The notes below the pieces were generated by a model that saw only the letters and a list, made by a program, of their open reading frames with translations, did not search any database and had not been told where the DNA came from. A DNA stretch of 64,000 nt from the human T2T-CHM13v2.0 reference genome, Homo sapiens, in the NCBI RefSeq assembly GCF_009914755.1, contig NC_060934.1; one strand, given 5' to 3'. Every line of letters starts with the position of its first letter. Position 1 is the stretch's first letter. Of this stretch, positions 45,901 through 60,838 are shown one piece after another. The translations under genes and the position numbers were made by a program.

Positions 45901-48900
45901 GCTTCTTGATGCCTAAGCTCTGGGATATGATTTAGATCTTTTTTAACCTGCATTGAAATGAAAATTAGCACTTCCAAGAACTTCAAAAAATAAAGCCATG
46001 GGATCCATAAGGTCCCTATAATATCAATAGAACTTGAAAGTGCCAACGGTAGTTTCAGGGGAGACACTGGAAGATGCGGTCAAGATAAGCTGTCGGTGGA
46101 ATGTGTTTGTGTTCTTGGGCCTGCAGAGAGAAGGGAGTCAAGAGTCCCATCAGAGCTCCACTAAGCAGGGAGGGTTTGTCCAAGACTCCCTGAGCAAGCC
46201 CCACCCCCAGCTACCCCAGTCATATCCTCGTGTCGATGACTTTATGAAAAAAAAGTCATAACCCAATAAGATATGTAGGAATCTAGGGCAGAGCAACAGG
46301 TGGTCTTGCTGAATTGCCTCAGAGGAAGATCTGGGTTGGAGTTTGGGAGGAGCTTGCACAGTGGACCAAGGATTGGATCATAGGAAAGTTAATCTAAGGT
46401 TCTAAAACCATCAGGGAGGCTGTAATGAGCTTGTTCAATCTGCAGTTTCTGGCATTGCAAACCAGTTGTCAGCACAGATGTGGCCATGGCCACCATTAAG
46501 TAAGTGAAATGTTTGTGTGCCCACAGCCCCTCACCTGTCCTATCTGCAGGGAATGCAGAAAATGTCTGTGAGCCACAGCCCCTCACCTGTCTTATGTGCA
46601 GGGAAGGAAGCACAGCACGAAAGATGGAGGAGCTCCTATTCCTGAGGTTTGTGTAACTTGGTTCCTGTTACAGGAACTCGTAGGAGCTACTGGGTTGAGT
46701 GATGAAACCCTTAGAAAAGACGCTGAGACCTGGCCTCCCCTTAAGAAACTTACATGTTTAACAAGGGGCAAAAAGTGATGTTTTTTGCCCATCTTTATAA
46801 CTTATTATATGATACTTATCAGTAAACCCAACTCTAGCGTTTACTTTTTAAAAAATAAAAAACCACCAGCTAGGAAGTAACTATTATTGAATTCAAATTG
46901 TCAGCCCTAGCTTATTCTAGGACAAAAAGGAAACACGGGGGCTGGAATACCTTGTGTGACTACCATTTAATCAGCAAGCTCTTGTCTATAGGTCATTGTT
47001 CAACATGGAGAGAGAAAGATCAGGCTGCCCATCTAAACCCACCATGAGCCCAGGAGGTTTCTCCCACTCTGAGTGAGGTCCCGCCCTTACTCTCAGGCCA
47101 TGTTGGTTGGTTGGGCCAGACAAAATCCCCAAACTGGGGGAAGTACGGAACCCACGACTGGCCAGTGAGACTCAAATCAGGGACTTTAGCTTGGATTATT
47201 AAGAAAGAGCAGCCTTCACTTTCTGCTGGACTTGAAGAAAGTGCCTGGTGATCATCGTGGAAAGGAAGCCTGCCCCAGGTGTGGCCCACAGACACAGTGG
47301 TGCTAAAAGTGGTGCCAGAAAAACAAAGGCCTTTGACATCATTTGAGTGTCTGCAGATACCCATGCCTAAAAACAATCACCTCTGGGATTTTTCATGACA
47401 TTAACAAATGGTCCCCTACCCCACTCACACACAAACACACACACTCACACTTGTTTTGGTTTGTGTATTGCTTCAATCAGTTTAAGTTGGGGTTCTATCA
47501 CTTGCAAACACAAGTCCCAAGTGACACAATTTGGAATGTTTTTTATTTTCTATGGTCTCCATCCTAACCACCTGAACCCCCTTTGGCACCAGGGCTGCTA
47601 TTTAACACAGCCGATTGTGCTTTGACATACTCTCCTTATGCACTGACAAGGCCAACCATGTCCACATTCCACTAAACATGCCAACTATCTCTGTCACTGG
47701 CTTGCCCGGAGGCCTCCTTCCTCTCACTCTCGTAGTACTTTGTAACCTGCCCCATGGCCCCACCCAGGACCTGCTCAGCTCATCTTCCTGTTCCAACACC
47801 ACCTGCATCTTCAGCCACAGGAAAATAAACCTGATGCATCCATCAGTTTAGCAGCTCCCTTACAAGGCACCCCCAGTTCACTGATGCCCAACGTCCCCTT
47901 GGTTTTTTCCATTTCCAGTCCACATATGAATGAAGGAGTTTTTAACTACTATTTCAATATGCTCATTAGCAGAGGCAATAACCATCCTAAATGATGTCTT
48001 CATTTTTCCCCTACTTGCTAATCTTCAGGGAATAAAGCCAAACACAGTGGGACCCTTCACAGCACCAATCCAAGCCAAAGTTCCTATTATACCACAGGGG
48101 TTTTCTGGTGATATTTGTAAAAATTCACAGCTAAAGAACTTTGCCTAAAACCTCCCACTGGGGATGGCAGATGTATGCAGATGTCCTAAACCCCACTCGC
48201 TGTCCTCTTGCAAGTCGCCTCCTCTCCACCTCCCCCGCTGCTACTCGCCACTGCCTGACACTCCAAAACTTCTCAAACAGGCAGAAGCATGGACAGAATG
48301 AGGTGCCTTGTCACTTACCCTGGGTGGGACTTCATTCCCGTGCTGCTCCCCAGGGAGCAGAAAGCTGCCCAGGCTGATGTGTTCCCGATAAGGGAGATTT
48401 AGTGCAAAAAGCATCCCTCAATTTTTATTATAATGTGTCTTCAACCTGAAATTATATTTCTCTGGTGTTTGCGAAGACTGAGTTATATTTTTCAGGAAAT
48501 GGAAAGAGACATGCATATGTATATGGCACGGCGATTTATGATGTGGTCTCTGGAGTCAGATTGTCCAAGTCTAAATTCCAGGTCAGCCATTTGGAAACAT
48601 TATTTCACTCACTGTTCTCATGTCTTTAATAGGGATTATAATAGAAGCCATATTATATAGTCGCTGGGAAGATCAAAAATGATAATGTATGCAACGCACT
48701 CAGCATAGTGCTGGGTAGAAAGCAAGTGCTCGAAAAACATTCAGGATTGGGACAATTACCTTCCACCGTGACAAAGGAGCTCATTACACAAACCAGCAGG
48801 CAAGTTTGGTAGTGCTATAATGGGTCCCACCAAAGGGATTCTCCAAAGAACCCCCACCTCCCTCCAACAGGTAGTCACCAGGATCAACAGACACCGTCCA

Positions 48901-49073
48901 TACATGGGTTGGCTGCTTCCAGCACAGCTTGGCTTCAGTGGGAGGGTATTTTTCCCTCAGCAGTGACAGGAACCTCCTCTAGCAACCTGTGTCGTGTGGG
49001 AACCTTCTAGCAACCTGTGTTGTGTTGATCAAAATGTCCAATAGCAGGTCCCAAGGGGAGACACTGTCTATGG

Positions 49074-49289
49074 TAGAGGTTCTTAACCAAGGGCAATTTG
49101 CCACCCAGGGAACAACTGACAGTGTCTGGAGACATTTTTAACTGTACCAACTAGGGAAAGGGTAATTCCTGCTACATCTTGGGGATGGAGGCCAGGGCTG
49201 CTGCTAGACATCCTATGATGCACAGGACAACTGCCCAACAACTGACTGTCCAGCTCCAGTGTCAACGGTACTGGTGCTGAGTAACCCTG
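49074..49289 (+). mobile_element. Complete MER20
   Basis: TIR-like ends TAGAGGTTCTTAACC..GAGTAACCCTG; 8-bp TSD GTCTATGG/GTCTACGG. Confidence 0.9.
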
Positions 49290-49983
49290 GTCTACGGTTA
49301 CATCTTTTGAAGTTTGGTTCTTGGACTAGCTACATCTGAATTAGTTTGGGGTATGGCTAGAGATGCACATTTTGGAACAGAACCCCCCAACCAACTAAGT
49401 TAGACTGTCCGGGGCTCCCTGTTGATTCTCAGGAGGACCAGGGTTTAATAGGATTCCTCCAGGTCTCACCTAGAAGCCTGAGAACTTGAACTGTGCTTTG
49501 GGAAGCAGCCTTCATGAGACCTCCCCAGACCATCTTGCTGTTGCCCTGACCAACTTGTGAGATCGCAGAGGATTAACACCGGAAGCTGCTTTAGGTGATG
49601 GCACATCTCTTCACCAAGTTCCAGAAATGTGCACTAGTGAATTTGGGGGTGGGGAGGAGAGGCACTGTAATTGATTTAAAAGCCGGAAGGGATCTGTGAG
49701 ATCACCCAGTCCAACACCTTCTGTTTGTAGTGGAGGAAACTGACATTGTTAACGGAAAAAAAAAAAAAATCATGCTTGGTAAAATTTCCGCGTCGGTTAC
49801 TATTGTTTCCTATTTTCTTTTTTCCTATCTTCATCAAAATCATATCAAAAGAGAAGTGGAGGGGGAAAAGCTGTGTCTAAGGAGGTAGGAAGGCGAGGGA
49901 TCTGAGAGCTGGACAGTTGAGACTAAAGCACATTCTTCCATCACTAGGGGCTGGGAGGGAAGTGGCAAGAAGGGAGATTTTAG

Positions 49984-50517
<534 letters not shown>

Positions 50518-51589
50518 TAAAGACAGCACACGGAAGGAGACTGACACGTGATTTTCTCCCCCTCCAGGCCTATCTGCCCAAGGTGCTTTTAGAATGGCAT
50601 CTTAAAAGCAACCCATCAGGCTTGCTAGGAATAGGAATCAGTCTCTGCCCTCAAGGGATTTTAAATCTGGGAAAAGAGGAAGGCAGCCTTTTTCATGTGG
50701 CTTTGTACATGTTTATGGAATACATGAGAATGCCATATGTGTCCCATAAACATATGGACAAAGCCACACAAAGGAAAGTTGGATCAGCTGTTATCTGGGT
50801 TGGGTGTGTGTGCGCAAGGACTACCCTTTATTTCTATTCATCCCTCTCTGCCTTCCTGACCCAGGTCTGGACTTCAAGTGAGTCCCAGAGCTCCCCATCC
50901 AAGGGCACAGTAAGGAGATACTAACAGGCTGTTAACCTCAATCAAGAGGGATACCCTCATCCTGTGCCCTCCTCTCCTCCACACTGATGCCCCGAATTCT
51001 TTCAACAGGGATGACCTTCCTTGCAAGCTATGGCTAGAGCCAGGGTTAGACTGTAATCATCCCTGAGGAAAGGAAGCTTTAGACTGTAATTTGTTCCCCC
51101 TTAAGGAGAAGAAGGCACATTTTACTCCACATGAGTGCACTGCAAAAATAGAGCTGGTTGATGGAGGTGGGGGAGTCACCTCCCTGTTGCTGGAGGGATC
51201 CCCACAACAACAGATATCAACCAGAGAGAACCCACCACTGGGAGGAAGGACCAGGGTTGGCAAAGCTTTGCCAATGTTCTTAGTGTTCAATGTGAAAGGC
51301 TGAGTCCCCACCCCAGTCTGGAAACTCATGGAGACCTGGCTCCTCCCTACCCCATGCCACAACTCCTGCCCAGCCACTGACCTCCCAGCAACTCCTGGAA
51401 CATGCCGGTTTCATGACCTCTTCATGCACAGGTGCACATGCCTTTCCCTCTGTCTAATGTGCTCTTCACATGAAGCTCCTTTTCTGTTTTCAGGCCTCAA
51501 CTTTGATGGCCTGTCCTTAGAGGGGCCTTCGGGATCACTCTATTGAAAGCAAGCCCCCTCAATATTGCCCCTCACAGCTTCCTACTCAA

Positions 51590-51672
51590 CATCTTCTCCT
51601 CCTCCTCTCCCCCATGCCCTCTTCTTCCTCTTCCCCTTCTTTCTCCTCCTCTTCCTCCTCCTTCTCCTCCAT
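51590..51672. repeat. C/T-rich low-complexity (CTC/CTT) tract
   Basis: Almost pure pyrimidine run. Confidence 0.85.
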
Positions 51673-52467
51673 CATTAACCTAGCTAACATTGATTGGTTG
51701 TTTCCTACAAGTTGGGTAGAACTCTAAGCTTTCTATACGGATTATCTCATTAATCTATTAACAACTCAATTGTCTGACTGATATGTCTCAATCAGGATTC
51801 TTGATTCCACACAACAGAAAGCAAGACTATGCAGAAAGTACATTTATTGGAAGGATATTGAATAGCTTGCAAAATCAATGAAACACCTGAAACCCATCAA
51901 GACTGGATGTCCAGAATCCCATCCCAGGTCCATCCATAGGCAGGGCCCGGCAAAGAACAAATGCCACTGCTGGACACAGGTCACTATCGTCACCACTACC
52001 CCTGCACCTAGAGACACTCACCACTGCCTGCAGCAACTCTGTCATTGCACCTTTGAGGCACTTTCTCAGGTCAAAGTCCTCAGTAGAAGCATTCAATGGC
52101 CTCAGCTAAGGCCAAAGGCCCTTCCTAGTCTGCCATGGGACTGAGATGTCATCTGGCAGGAGGGCTGCTGCTGACATGGGTATATTGGGGATAGACAGGA
52201 TGTTCAAGTCACAATTTTAAAAAATCGTTGCCAAAACCAATGCCACTCCCACTAAAGAAATGTTGAATAAGTACTTTAAGACTATCTGTTTGAAGAGGGG
52301 CCAAATTCTCAGGTGGGGCACCTGACTAGGGCACTGCACTTCCCAGTCTCATTCTGCTGATAAGGGTGGGCAGAGAAGATTCCCAGGGGAACGTCTGCAG
52401 CCTGCATTCTCATGGATTTGTAGTTTCTGACAACAGAGTCACATGGCTGGGCCTTCCAAGTATTGCC

Positions 52468-52805
52468 ACACAGTGTGGTCTGGAAACCAGTGGCAGCATC
52501 AACTGGAAGCTCGTTAGACATTCAGAGTCTCAGGCCCCGCTGCAGCCCTCTGCGGTCAGAATCTGCATTTTCACACGATCCCCAGTCACTTACGGGCCCA
52601 CGGAAGTTTGAAATGTACCGTTCTAGCACTATGGTTCTCCCCGTCATCCGCACACTGAAATCATATGGGCAGTTTTCACAAAGCATTGAGGCCCACCCTA
52701 CTCCCAAAAATTCTGCTGTGATTGTTCTAAGTTGTAGCCTGGGCATGAAAATTTCGAAAAGCTCCCCAGAAACCCTGATGAGAAGCCAAAGTCAAGAACT
52801 ACCTA
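52468..52805. mobile_element. Pair of adjacent MER5-family MITEs
   Basis: CAGTGTGGTC..GCAGCATCAACTGGAAGCTCGTTAGACAT..CAGAATCTGCATTTT..; a second copy starts at ~52628. Confidence 0.7.
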
Positions 52806-53639
52806 GAAGGACACGATCAAATCCAAACCAGGATAGCCTTGAAATGAAAAAATATTCTTAGGAAAACTCTGTCAACCCAGGGAGTCATTTCTCAACATGT
52901 TCCCTCTGAAAGGGTCACAGAGCATCACCACTCACTAAAGGTCCGTTCCCAGAGAAGTAATTTTATAAACTAAAGGGCGTTGATTGGCCATGGCCTCTCT
53001 GAGCTGCTTACTCTAGACCTTAGTGGTTTAATTTTTTCCTACAAGCATTCAAGTTCACTAAAGCAGCAAAAGGAGCCTCAGAAGCCATAGGGTCTAACCC
53101 TCTCATTTTACAGATAAGGAAACAGGCAGAGAGAGAGAGAGGAGCTGATTTTTCAAGCATAATCAAGGAGCTGACCTCCAACATTTAGACCACACACAGC
53201 CTCTCAAGCAAAGAGTGTTCATGAGGAAAAGATGCTGGATGAGTGCGTGGTCAAAAGTCCATCGCAAAATGTTTATTATTAATAACGAGGTTAAGCTTCA
53301 AAGCCAATCCAGCAGTGCCGGTGGCTCCCATGAAAGCCATTTTTTCAGTTTGTTCTCATCTAATTACGGGTAGGTACAGTAATTGGAAACAGGCTATCTC
53401 CAATGGGCAGGGTTTCAGGAAATGGAAACCTCTAATACAATTCTGCCTGGGTAGAGTCAGCATCCACCATTGCATGCAGCTGGAAGGAGGAAAAGCAAGC
53501 CCATTCCAGGTTGAGTGGGAAAAACAGGCTGAAAAGACAAGATCACCAAGGTCTGGGAAAGTTATGCCCCCTACCTCCCTGGAGAGCTGAGCACTGGGCT
53601 CCGGGTCCCCTCTGTCATGTGCCAGTGCTCCACGAGTTG

Positions 53640-53920
53640 TTACTACAATGGTTATTATGCAAGACCCCCATGGTTATGGTCTTGAAGTGACTTCATTGAG
53701 TAGGTACTGGATACTGGGTGCCAGGTACTGCACTGAGTATGCTGTTCACATTATACTATTTAATCCTCAAAATCTTTCTGTGAGTTAGGTGCTCTCTTTT
53801 GACAGAGGAGGAAACTAAGGCTTAAAGAGGTTTAAGTTACTTGCCTGTAGTCCCACATATAGGGGTGGAGCCAGGATTGGGGCCCGAGTCCATCTGGGCA
53901 CAGAGCTCTCCCCTCCACCA
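53640..53920 (-). mobile_element. MIR
   Basis: ATTTAATCCTCA..GACAGAGGAGGAAACTAAGGCTTAAAGAGGTTTAAGTTACTTGCC. Confidence 0.75.
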
Positions 53921-55852
53921 TGCTGCTCTGTCTACCTCTTCCCATTGCAACAGCCTCAATTCCTAACCAGGACCAGCCTGATCCTGGCAGGTGGAGGTCA
54001 GCAGAAGCACCAGGCTCCATTGAAGCAGAAGGGCAGGTGCCAGCCAGAGGAAGGTGGACATGGAAGGAAGGAAATGGAACACACAGAATAAACAGATGCC
54101 CCTCTCGACTGCTCAGGGAGTGCCAACAACATGAGTTCAGCTGACCCAGGAGCTGTGAGCCCAGGCATCTGCTTCAGTGTGTGTTCCCCACAGTAGGACG
54201 CCAGGTCCACCACCACTATTTGCGCCATCTGGCCTTCGAGCGGCAGAGATTCCACCACAACCTGCAGCTGGGCATGAGCTGAGCAGGCCTCCAGCAGATA
54301 CCATTTAACAGGTTCATGGCTCAGTGCTTCCCGAGATGGATTACTCCAAGCCCCGTGTTCTGGTGCCAGATTTTCTGAAAAGTCAGCTGCAGGTGGCGTC
54401 TTATGGTTGCCATCAGCCTTGTAAAAGGGACCTGATGTGTAGATCAACATTTTCCCATCAGGTGCCCATCAGCTGGAGGATTGATTTCACAATCTCTCTC
54501 TCTCTCTCTCTTTTCTTTTCTTCCTTTTTACTCCTTCTACACTTACGCATTTTTATTCTAAACAATCTTTCTCATCAGTTCAAAACCCCATACCCCCTTT
54601 GATCTGTTTTCAAACCCAACCTCACATATGTTCTGCCCTCTATCACATACAAACATCAACCAAGAGTGACAATACTCTCTCTTGTCTGATCAGGGTGGTG
54701 GAATTTACATCAGCCAATTCAGATCCACCCACCCTTTCCCCTGAAATAGCCCAGAAGGCTCAAGAAGGTCAATGCGATGCCCAGGTTCGGTGGGGGCAGG
54801 GAGAAGAAAGGACCATCTGGGCTATGATGGCCTAGGCCCATGCAGGTCACCGCCAAGCCACCCCTAGTCCTGCCTGTGAGTGCCCTTTTGGCTTCATGGC
54901 CTCTGTGGAATCATCTGCTGTGCCTTTTTCATGTCAGGTGGTGGATACACGAAGCTGTTCAGGGCATGCTTTATCATGACCTGTGAGGAAGCTGTTTCTT
55001 CTCTGAGGTCCTTTGCCTCCCTGCAAAACAGACACAGCCTGCTCCGCCCTCAGCTCCCACAGATACACCTGGGGATGTTGCTACTTGCCCAGCGCTCAGC
55101 CTGGGGGACAGGAAGCCAAGTTCCTCCTGGGGTCTTTCCGTGTCTACGCCTTCCCTGCCCCACTCCAACTCACATTCCTGCCTGCAGCCCTGAGAATCTT
55201 TTTCTGTCCAGCGATAGGGATGGGAGGAGGGTATTCCTCTCATGCATCTCATGTCCTTCAAAATAATTTTTTGCAGACAGGAGTGCTTTTTGTCTGCCTG
55301 AAGGTCTGGGCTACTGAAACTCCAAGGCCAGCAAGAATGTTCCCTTTTCATCCCCTTTCTGCCATCACAGGGAGGGGTAGGAAGACGGGAGTCTCCCCAA
55401 TGAATGGAAGGAAGAGCTCTATGAGGGAAAAAGAAATAGCAATAATAACGACAATCAGATCACGTTTTAAAAATATGGTCCCACCACAGGTTAAGAGGCT
55501 GGGGCTCAGAGACATGAGGTGCCCTGCCCAAAGACACAGAGCGAATGCTTGTGGAAAAATTCGAGCCAGAAATTAGCCTCAGGAATATGAACTATGGGAG
55601 AGAATTTTGTTCGGTGGGTTCAGCTGTGAGTGAGAATCACCTGACCTCACATGGGAAATCCAACTTTAAGGACAGCCTCAGGAAACTGAGAAGCAGTAAT
55701 TCTATACTCTTTGGAAACCATGTTGCAGGATGAAGATGCTAAGCTCAGAGGGAGTCTGCTTTCTCAGTTATCATTTATAGTCCATCTACTTCCAAAGAAC
55801 CTGAGGCCACTCTTCACAAGGTCATGGCATCAAGACTAGAATAGATGCCTAG

Positions 55853-56201
<349 letters not shown>

Positions 56202-56342
56202 TTTATCCTTTTTTTTTTTTCATCATTTGTAGCCAATTCATTCACGCTCCAAAAGCTATCCAAGAAGCCAATATGATTGAGAGAGAAATAAAAAAGGAGC
56301 CTGTGCCCAGGTGCGACTGCAAGAGCAAGAAGTGATATAAAT

Positions 56343-56686
56343 CAGGGGTCTCCAACCCCTGGGCCACAGACCAGTACCAGTCCATAGCCTGTTAGGAACC
56401 GGGCCGCACAGCAGGAGGTGAGCAGCAGGCGGGCAGGCATTACCTCCTGAGCTCCGCCTCCTGTCAGATCAGTGGGGCACTGGATTTTCGTAGAAGCGCA
56501 AACCCTATTGTGAACTGTGCATGCGAGGGATCTAGGCTGCACACTCCTTATGAGAGTCTAACTAGTGCCTGATCATCTGAGGTGGAACAGTTTCATCCTT
56601 AAACTATCCCCACCCCAACCCCCGTCCATAGAAAAATTGTCTTCCACAAAACTGGTCCCCAGTGCCAAAAAGGTTGGGAACCACTA
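56343..56686 (+). mobile_element. Complete MER1B
   Basis: CAGGGGTCTCCAACCCC..AAAAAGGTTGGGAACCACTA; 8-bp TSD ATATAAAT/ATGTAAAT. Confidence 0.92.
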
Positions 56687-57028
56687 ATGTAAATAAATAC
56701 AGGGTCAACACTCATCTGGTCTAGGGTGTGTGTACATGTATTTGGAACCAATAAGCCAAGCAGAGATGAACCAAATATACCAACCAATCTGACCAGTAGT
56801 TACTCTATTAGTCCTAGGAAAGTATTGGACAATATTATAAATTGTATTTTTGTCAACAACTGGAGACTGGAGATATGCTTAAGAATGTCATGTAAGGCCC
56901 TACCCTCAGAAAATTCATATTTTTATGGAAAGATTGGCAAAAAACTAGGGAAAAAAACATGAAAATATATAAAATAATTACATGTGAAGTATGGCATTGA
57001 AGAAAGCCAATGAGAGGCTGAGCTAGAA

Positions 57029-57243
57029 CAGGGGCTGGCAAACTTTTTCCACAAAGGGCCAGATAGTAAAGATTTTAGGCTTTGTGTGCCATGCGGTGTC
57101 TGTTGCAACTACTCAGCTCTGCCAACGTAACCCGAGAGCAGCCAAGTCCACAGGTAAGGGAATGGGTGTGGCCGTGTCCCAATTAACTTTATTTACAAAC
57201 TCAGGTTGTGGTCAGATTTGGCCCTGTAGTTTGCAGACCCCTG
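57029..57243 (+). mobile_element. Complete MER58A
   Basis: TIRs CAGGGGCTGGCAAACT..AGTTTGCAGACCCCTG; TSD AGCTAGAA/AGCTACAA. Confidence 0.92.
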
Positions 57244-59378
57244 AGCTACAATATAATGTTCGTGGGGTGAAATGGGGGCAGAGACCTATGTTACATGGAT
57301 GGTCACAGAGGATGTCCCCCGAGGAGGTGACATGTAAGTTGAGACTTGAAGGATAAGGAAGTGCAGCTGTGGGGACACAGAGCCCCTGGTAGGGACGAGC
57401 TTAGCTGAGTGGAGCATCTGATGGCAGAACAGAGGTCAGGGACTTGCAAGGGAGGGGGTGGCAGGTAGTGGGCATGGTTCATGGTCCCTGCAAGAAGTTG
57501 GAATTTTCTTCCAAGTGCAACAGGAAGCTACAGACAGTTTCATGTAGGGAATCGGCAGAATTTGAGTGACTTTGATCTTAAAAATCTCACCTCCTTGAAG
57601 CTGCTTTGTAACATATAGACTACTTGGGAGACAAGGATGGCTGCCAGGGCCAGTCATGGGCTTCATGCAGCAGCTGGGTGGGTAGCAGGGCTGCGGTGGC
57701 AGCAGGGATGCTGGCCAGAAGTGGGGCCTTTGAAATGTGGTAGGAATCAAGACTCAGCTTGTGAAGGGGATACTCCTGGGCCATCTCCAGATTTCCTGGC
57801 TGAACAGGTGGGCAGGGCTGGGGATGCATCATTGCTGAGTGCGGAAGATTCCGATGCCTCAGAGGATGGAGCAGGTCACAGAAAGAGGGGGCTGGACCCC
57901 ATCACTCAAACCATCCATGGCTGTTCATTGTGTCAGTCAGTCTTAATTGAGCACCACTGTGTGCCCAGCACAAAGCCTCCTTGTAAGGCCTCACTTGGAT
58001 GGAGTTGGACAGGTAAATGAGGTCACACGCCTGCTCTCTGTCCACGCTGCTACACCTTCCCACCCCCGAGTTCTCGTCTCAGGCTCCCAGACATCAAAGA
58101 TTCAGGACGGCAGCAAGGACAGAAGCGGGGGCTGCAGAAAAAGCAGTGACCTGTCCAGCACTGGCAAAGTTGTTGAAGAAGCTAGAAAGTTTTTTAAAGT
58201 TTAACTTTTCTATAAAGTAGAACAGTCACCTCTGTGAGCTTTAAGTAAAAGCTGAGCCAGATGAACTTACTTAAATGTCAGCCTCCCAGAGAGCGTAAGG
58301 GGAGGTTCTTGGCTTGGTTTTTGCTCTTTTTCTGAAAGGAAAGGCTCAAGGGAAGCAGGAACAGCACAAGGAGACGTGGATCCAGGCCTGCGATGCCACA
58401 GGGGCACACCCACGGTGGGCTCTGGGCAAGTCACGTGCCTCTGAAGGCCTCGGTGGACCCGTCTATAAACTTGGAGTTGGAGCAGATGCTCTGCAGGCCT
58501 TTCTCACTCACCCTGACACCTGGCATCATGCCTGTGCAGTAAATTCCCTTTCTTGGGTGATGTCATTCACCACCGTTGTGGCCCAAAGGGTCTGTGGCCC
58601 TTATAAATTGTGACCACCTGCCTTCTGTCTGGGAGCCATAAATCACAGCACAGGGAGCTGAACAGCCTTTCCTGCTCAAACTCAGGGCCTCCTCGTCAGC
58701 AAGCAGAGCCACTTCTGTCCGCTGGCAGAGTCGTCTGGCACACAGTGATGAGCACCCGGTGCCCCCAAGTTTACAATGAGATCCATGGCCCTCCCTCATC
58801 AATATGTCTGACCCCTGGAGACATGGACGGAGTCATTTCTGATCTCCCCCCTCTTCTCCGCCAACCCCGCATTTGACCCTCTCTACAGCCTCTTCCCGTG
58901 AGGTATTTTCATTTATGTGTATGTTGGGTATATTTATTCAGCAGGTATTTATTAAACACCTACTATGTGCCAGATGTGGAATTAAGGGCTGGGGATACAG
59001 GACAGACAAGACAGATACATGCGCCCACAAAGAGACCACAATCTGGTAAGGAAGCATGCCTCACAATTTATTCAAAATTACTACTTGGAGTAAGTGCTAT
59101 GAGGAAGTTAAAACCAGATAGATGTGACAGAGAAGCACAGGCAGATCTGGTTTTGATTACAGCAGGGTCAGAGAAGGAAAGGCCAGGCAAGGTCTCTCTG
59201 GGGAACTGGCATGTTGAGTGATCAGGAGGACAGATGAAACGTGAGGTGTGGACAGGGCACAGGCACAGGCAGCAGGGGAGAAGGACCGGCACATGCCAGG
59301 CCTGGCAGGTCATGTGAATGGTTTGGGATTTCATTCTAGGTACAATGTTTCAATGTTGAATGCTATTTATTAAGGGTT

Positions 59379-60229
59379 TTATTAGATTCCTAGGGCTGCC
59401 ATAACAAAGTAGCACAAACTGAGGCTTAAGACAACAGAAATGTATTCTCCCACAGTCCCGGAGGGTGACAGTCTGAAATCAAGGTGTCAGCAGGGCTGTG
59501 CCCCCTCTGAAAGCTCCAGGGAAAAATTCCCTCGTGCTTCTTCCTAACTTCCAGCAGCTGCCCACAGTCCCTGGCACTCTTTGGCTTATAGCAGCACGAT
59601 ATGGTTTGGAGGTCTGTCCCCTCCAAATCACATGCTGAAATGTGATTCCTAATGGTGGAGGTGGGGCCTGGTGGGAAGTGATTGGATCAGGAGGGTGGAT
59701 GCCTCATGAATGGTTTAGTAACATCCCCTTGGTGAGGAGTGAGCTCTTGCTCAGTGAGTTCATGCAGGATTTGGTTGTTTAAAAGAGTCTGGGACCTCCC
59801 CAATTCTCTCTCTCTCTCTCTTGCCCTCACTCTCACCAGGTGACCTGCCTGCTCCCGCTTCACATTCTGCCATGACTGGAAGCTTCCTGAGGCCCCTCAC
59901 CAGAAGCAGATGCCAGCACTCAGGTTCCTGTCCCCCCTGCAGAACAGTGAGTCAATTAAACCTCCTTTCTCCATCAATTCCTCAGTTTCAGGTATTCCTT
60001 TACAGTCATGCAGTTGGACTAATGCATCACTCCAATCTCTGCCTGTCTTTGTGTGTCCTCTCCTCATCTTATAAGAACATCCGTCATTGGATTTAAAGCC
60101 CACCCTCATCCAGGATGACTTCAACTTACTTACAACTACAAGGACTCTTATTTCCAAATAAGGTCACATTCTGATGTTCTGGGAAGACATGAATTTGTGG
60201 GGGCGGGGAATCCCTATTCAACCTACTAT
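59379..60229 (-). mobile_element. MLT1C-like MaLR LTR, interrupted by MSTB
   Basis: TATTAGATTCCTAGGGCTGCCATAACAAAGTAGCACAAACT..AAATAAGGTCACATTCTGA..ATTCAACCTACTA. Confidence 0.85.
59597..60026 (+). mobile_element. MSTB-like MaLR solo LTR
   Basis: GATATGGTTTGG..TGTCCCCTCCAAATCACATGCTGAAATGTGATTCC..CCAGAAGCAGATGCC..GGACTAATGCA. Confidence 0.85.
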
Positions 60230-60838
60230 AAGATTTTTGGCAGGGGATGGGTGTAATGAGATTAATGTTTCAAAAACAGGGTTCTGGTTGGACTGTGAGG
60301 AATGGATTCGAGTGAGGAAGAGAGGAAGCAGGAGTGAGACAGGACACTTGGAGGATGATGGGGGCCACGCTGGGCTGGGGGAGGTGGAGAGAAGGGATAG
60401 ACTTGGAATCTGTTCTGGAGGTTGAAGGGACATGATAGGCCCTGGATGGATGTGAAGGGTAAAGGAGAGGGGTAAAGATCGCCACCCAGTTGCCTGGACA
60501 CCATACATACTTTGAGAGCATGAGACAAGCCCCTTCTTCCCCCAGCACAGACGAAGTGCTCACTAAGCACCTGCACAGTGACGGATGGCTCAGGGCAAAC
60601 ATTTCCGGTGCCAGAGCAGGTATCTGAGTAGTGGGGCACATGGCCTCTTTCTCCACTTTGCAGCCAACTCCTCCAGACTCAGTCTCTGACTTGGACGGGG
60701 GCTTCCACCCAGCCAGAGAGGCAGAAGCTGACCTGTCCTCCCAGGTCCTCCCCCAGATCGCCTTCCTCTGTTTTCAGAGCACCCCTGGGGACCTCTGGTT
60801 GGCAGGTGGGTGAACGGTTGTTGTTGCCATTTCTGTGG

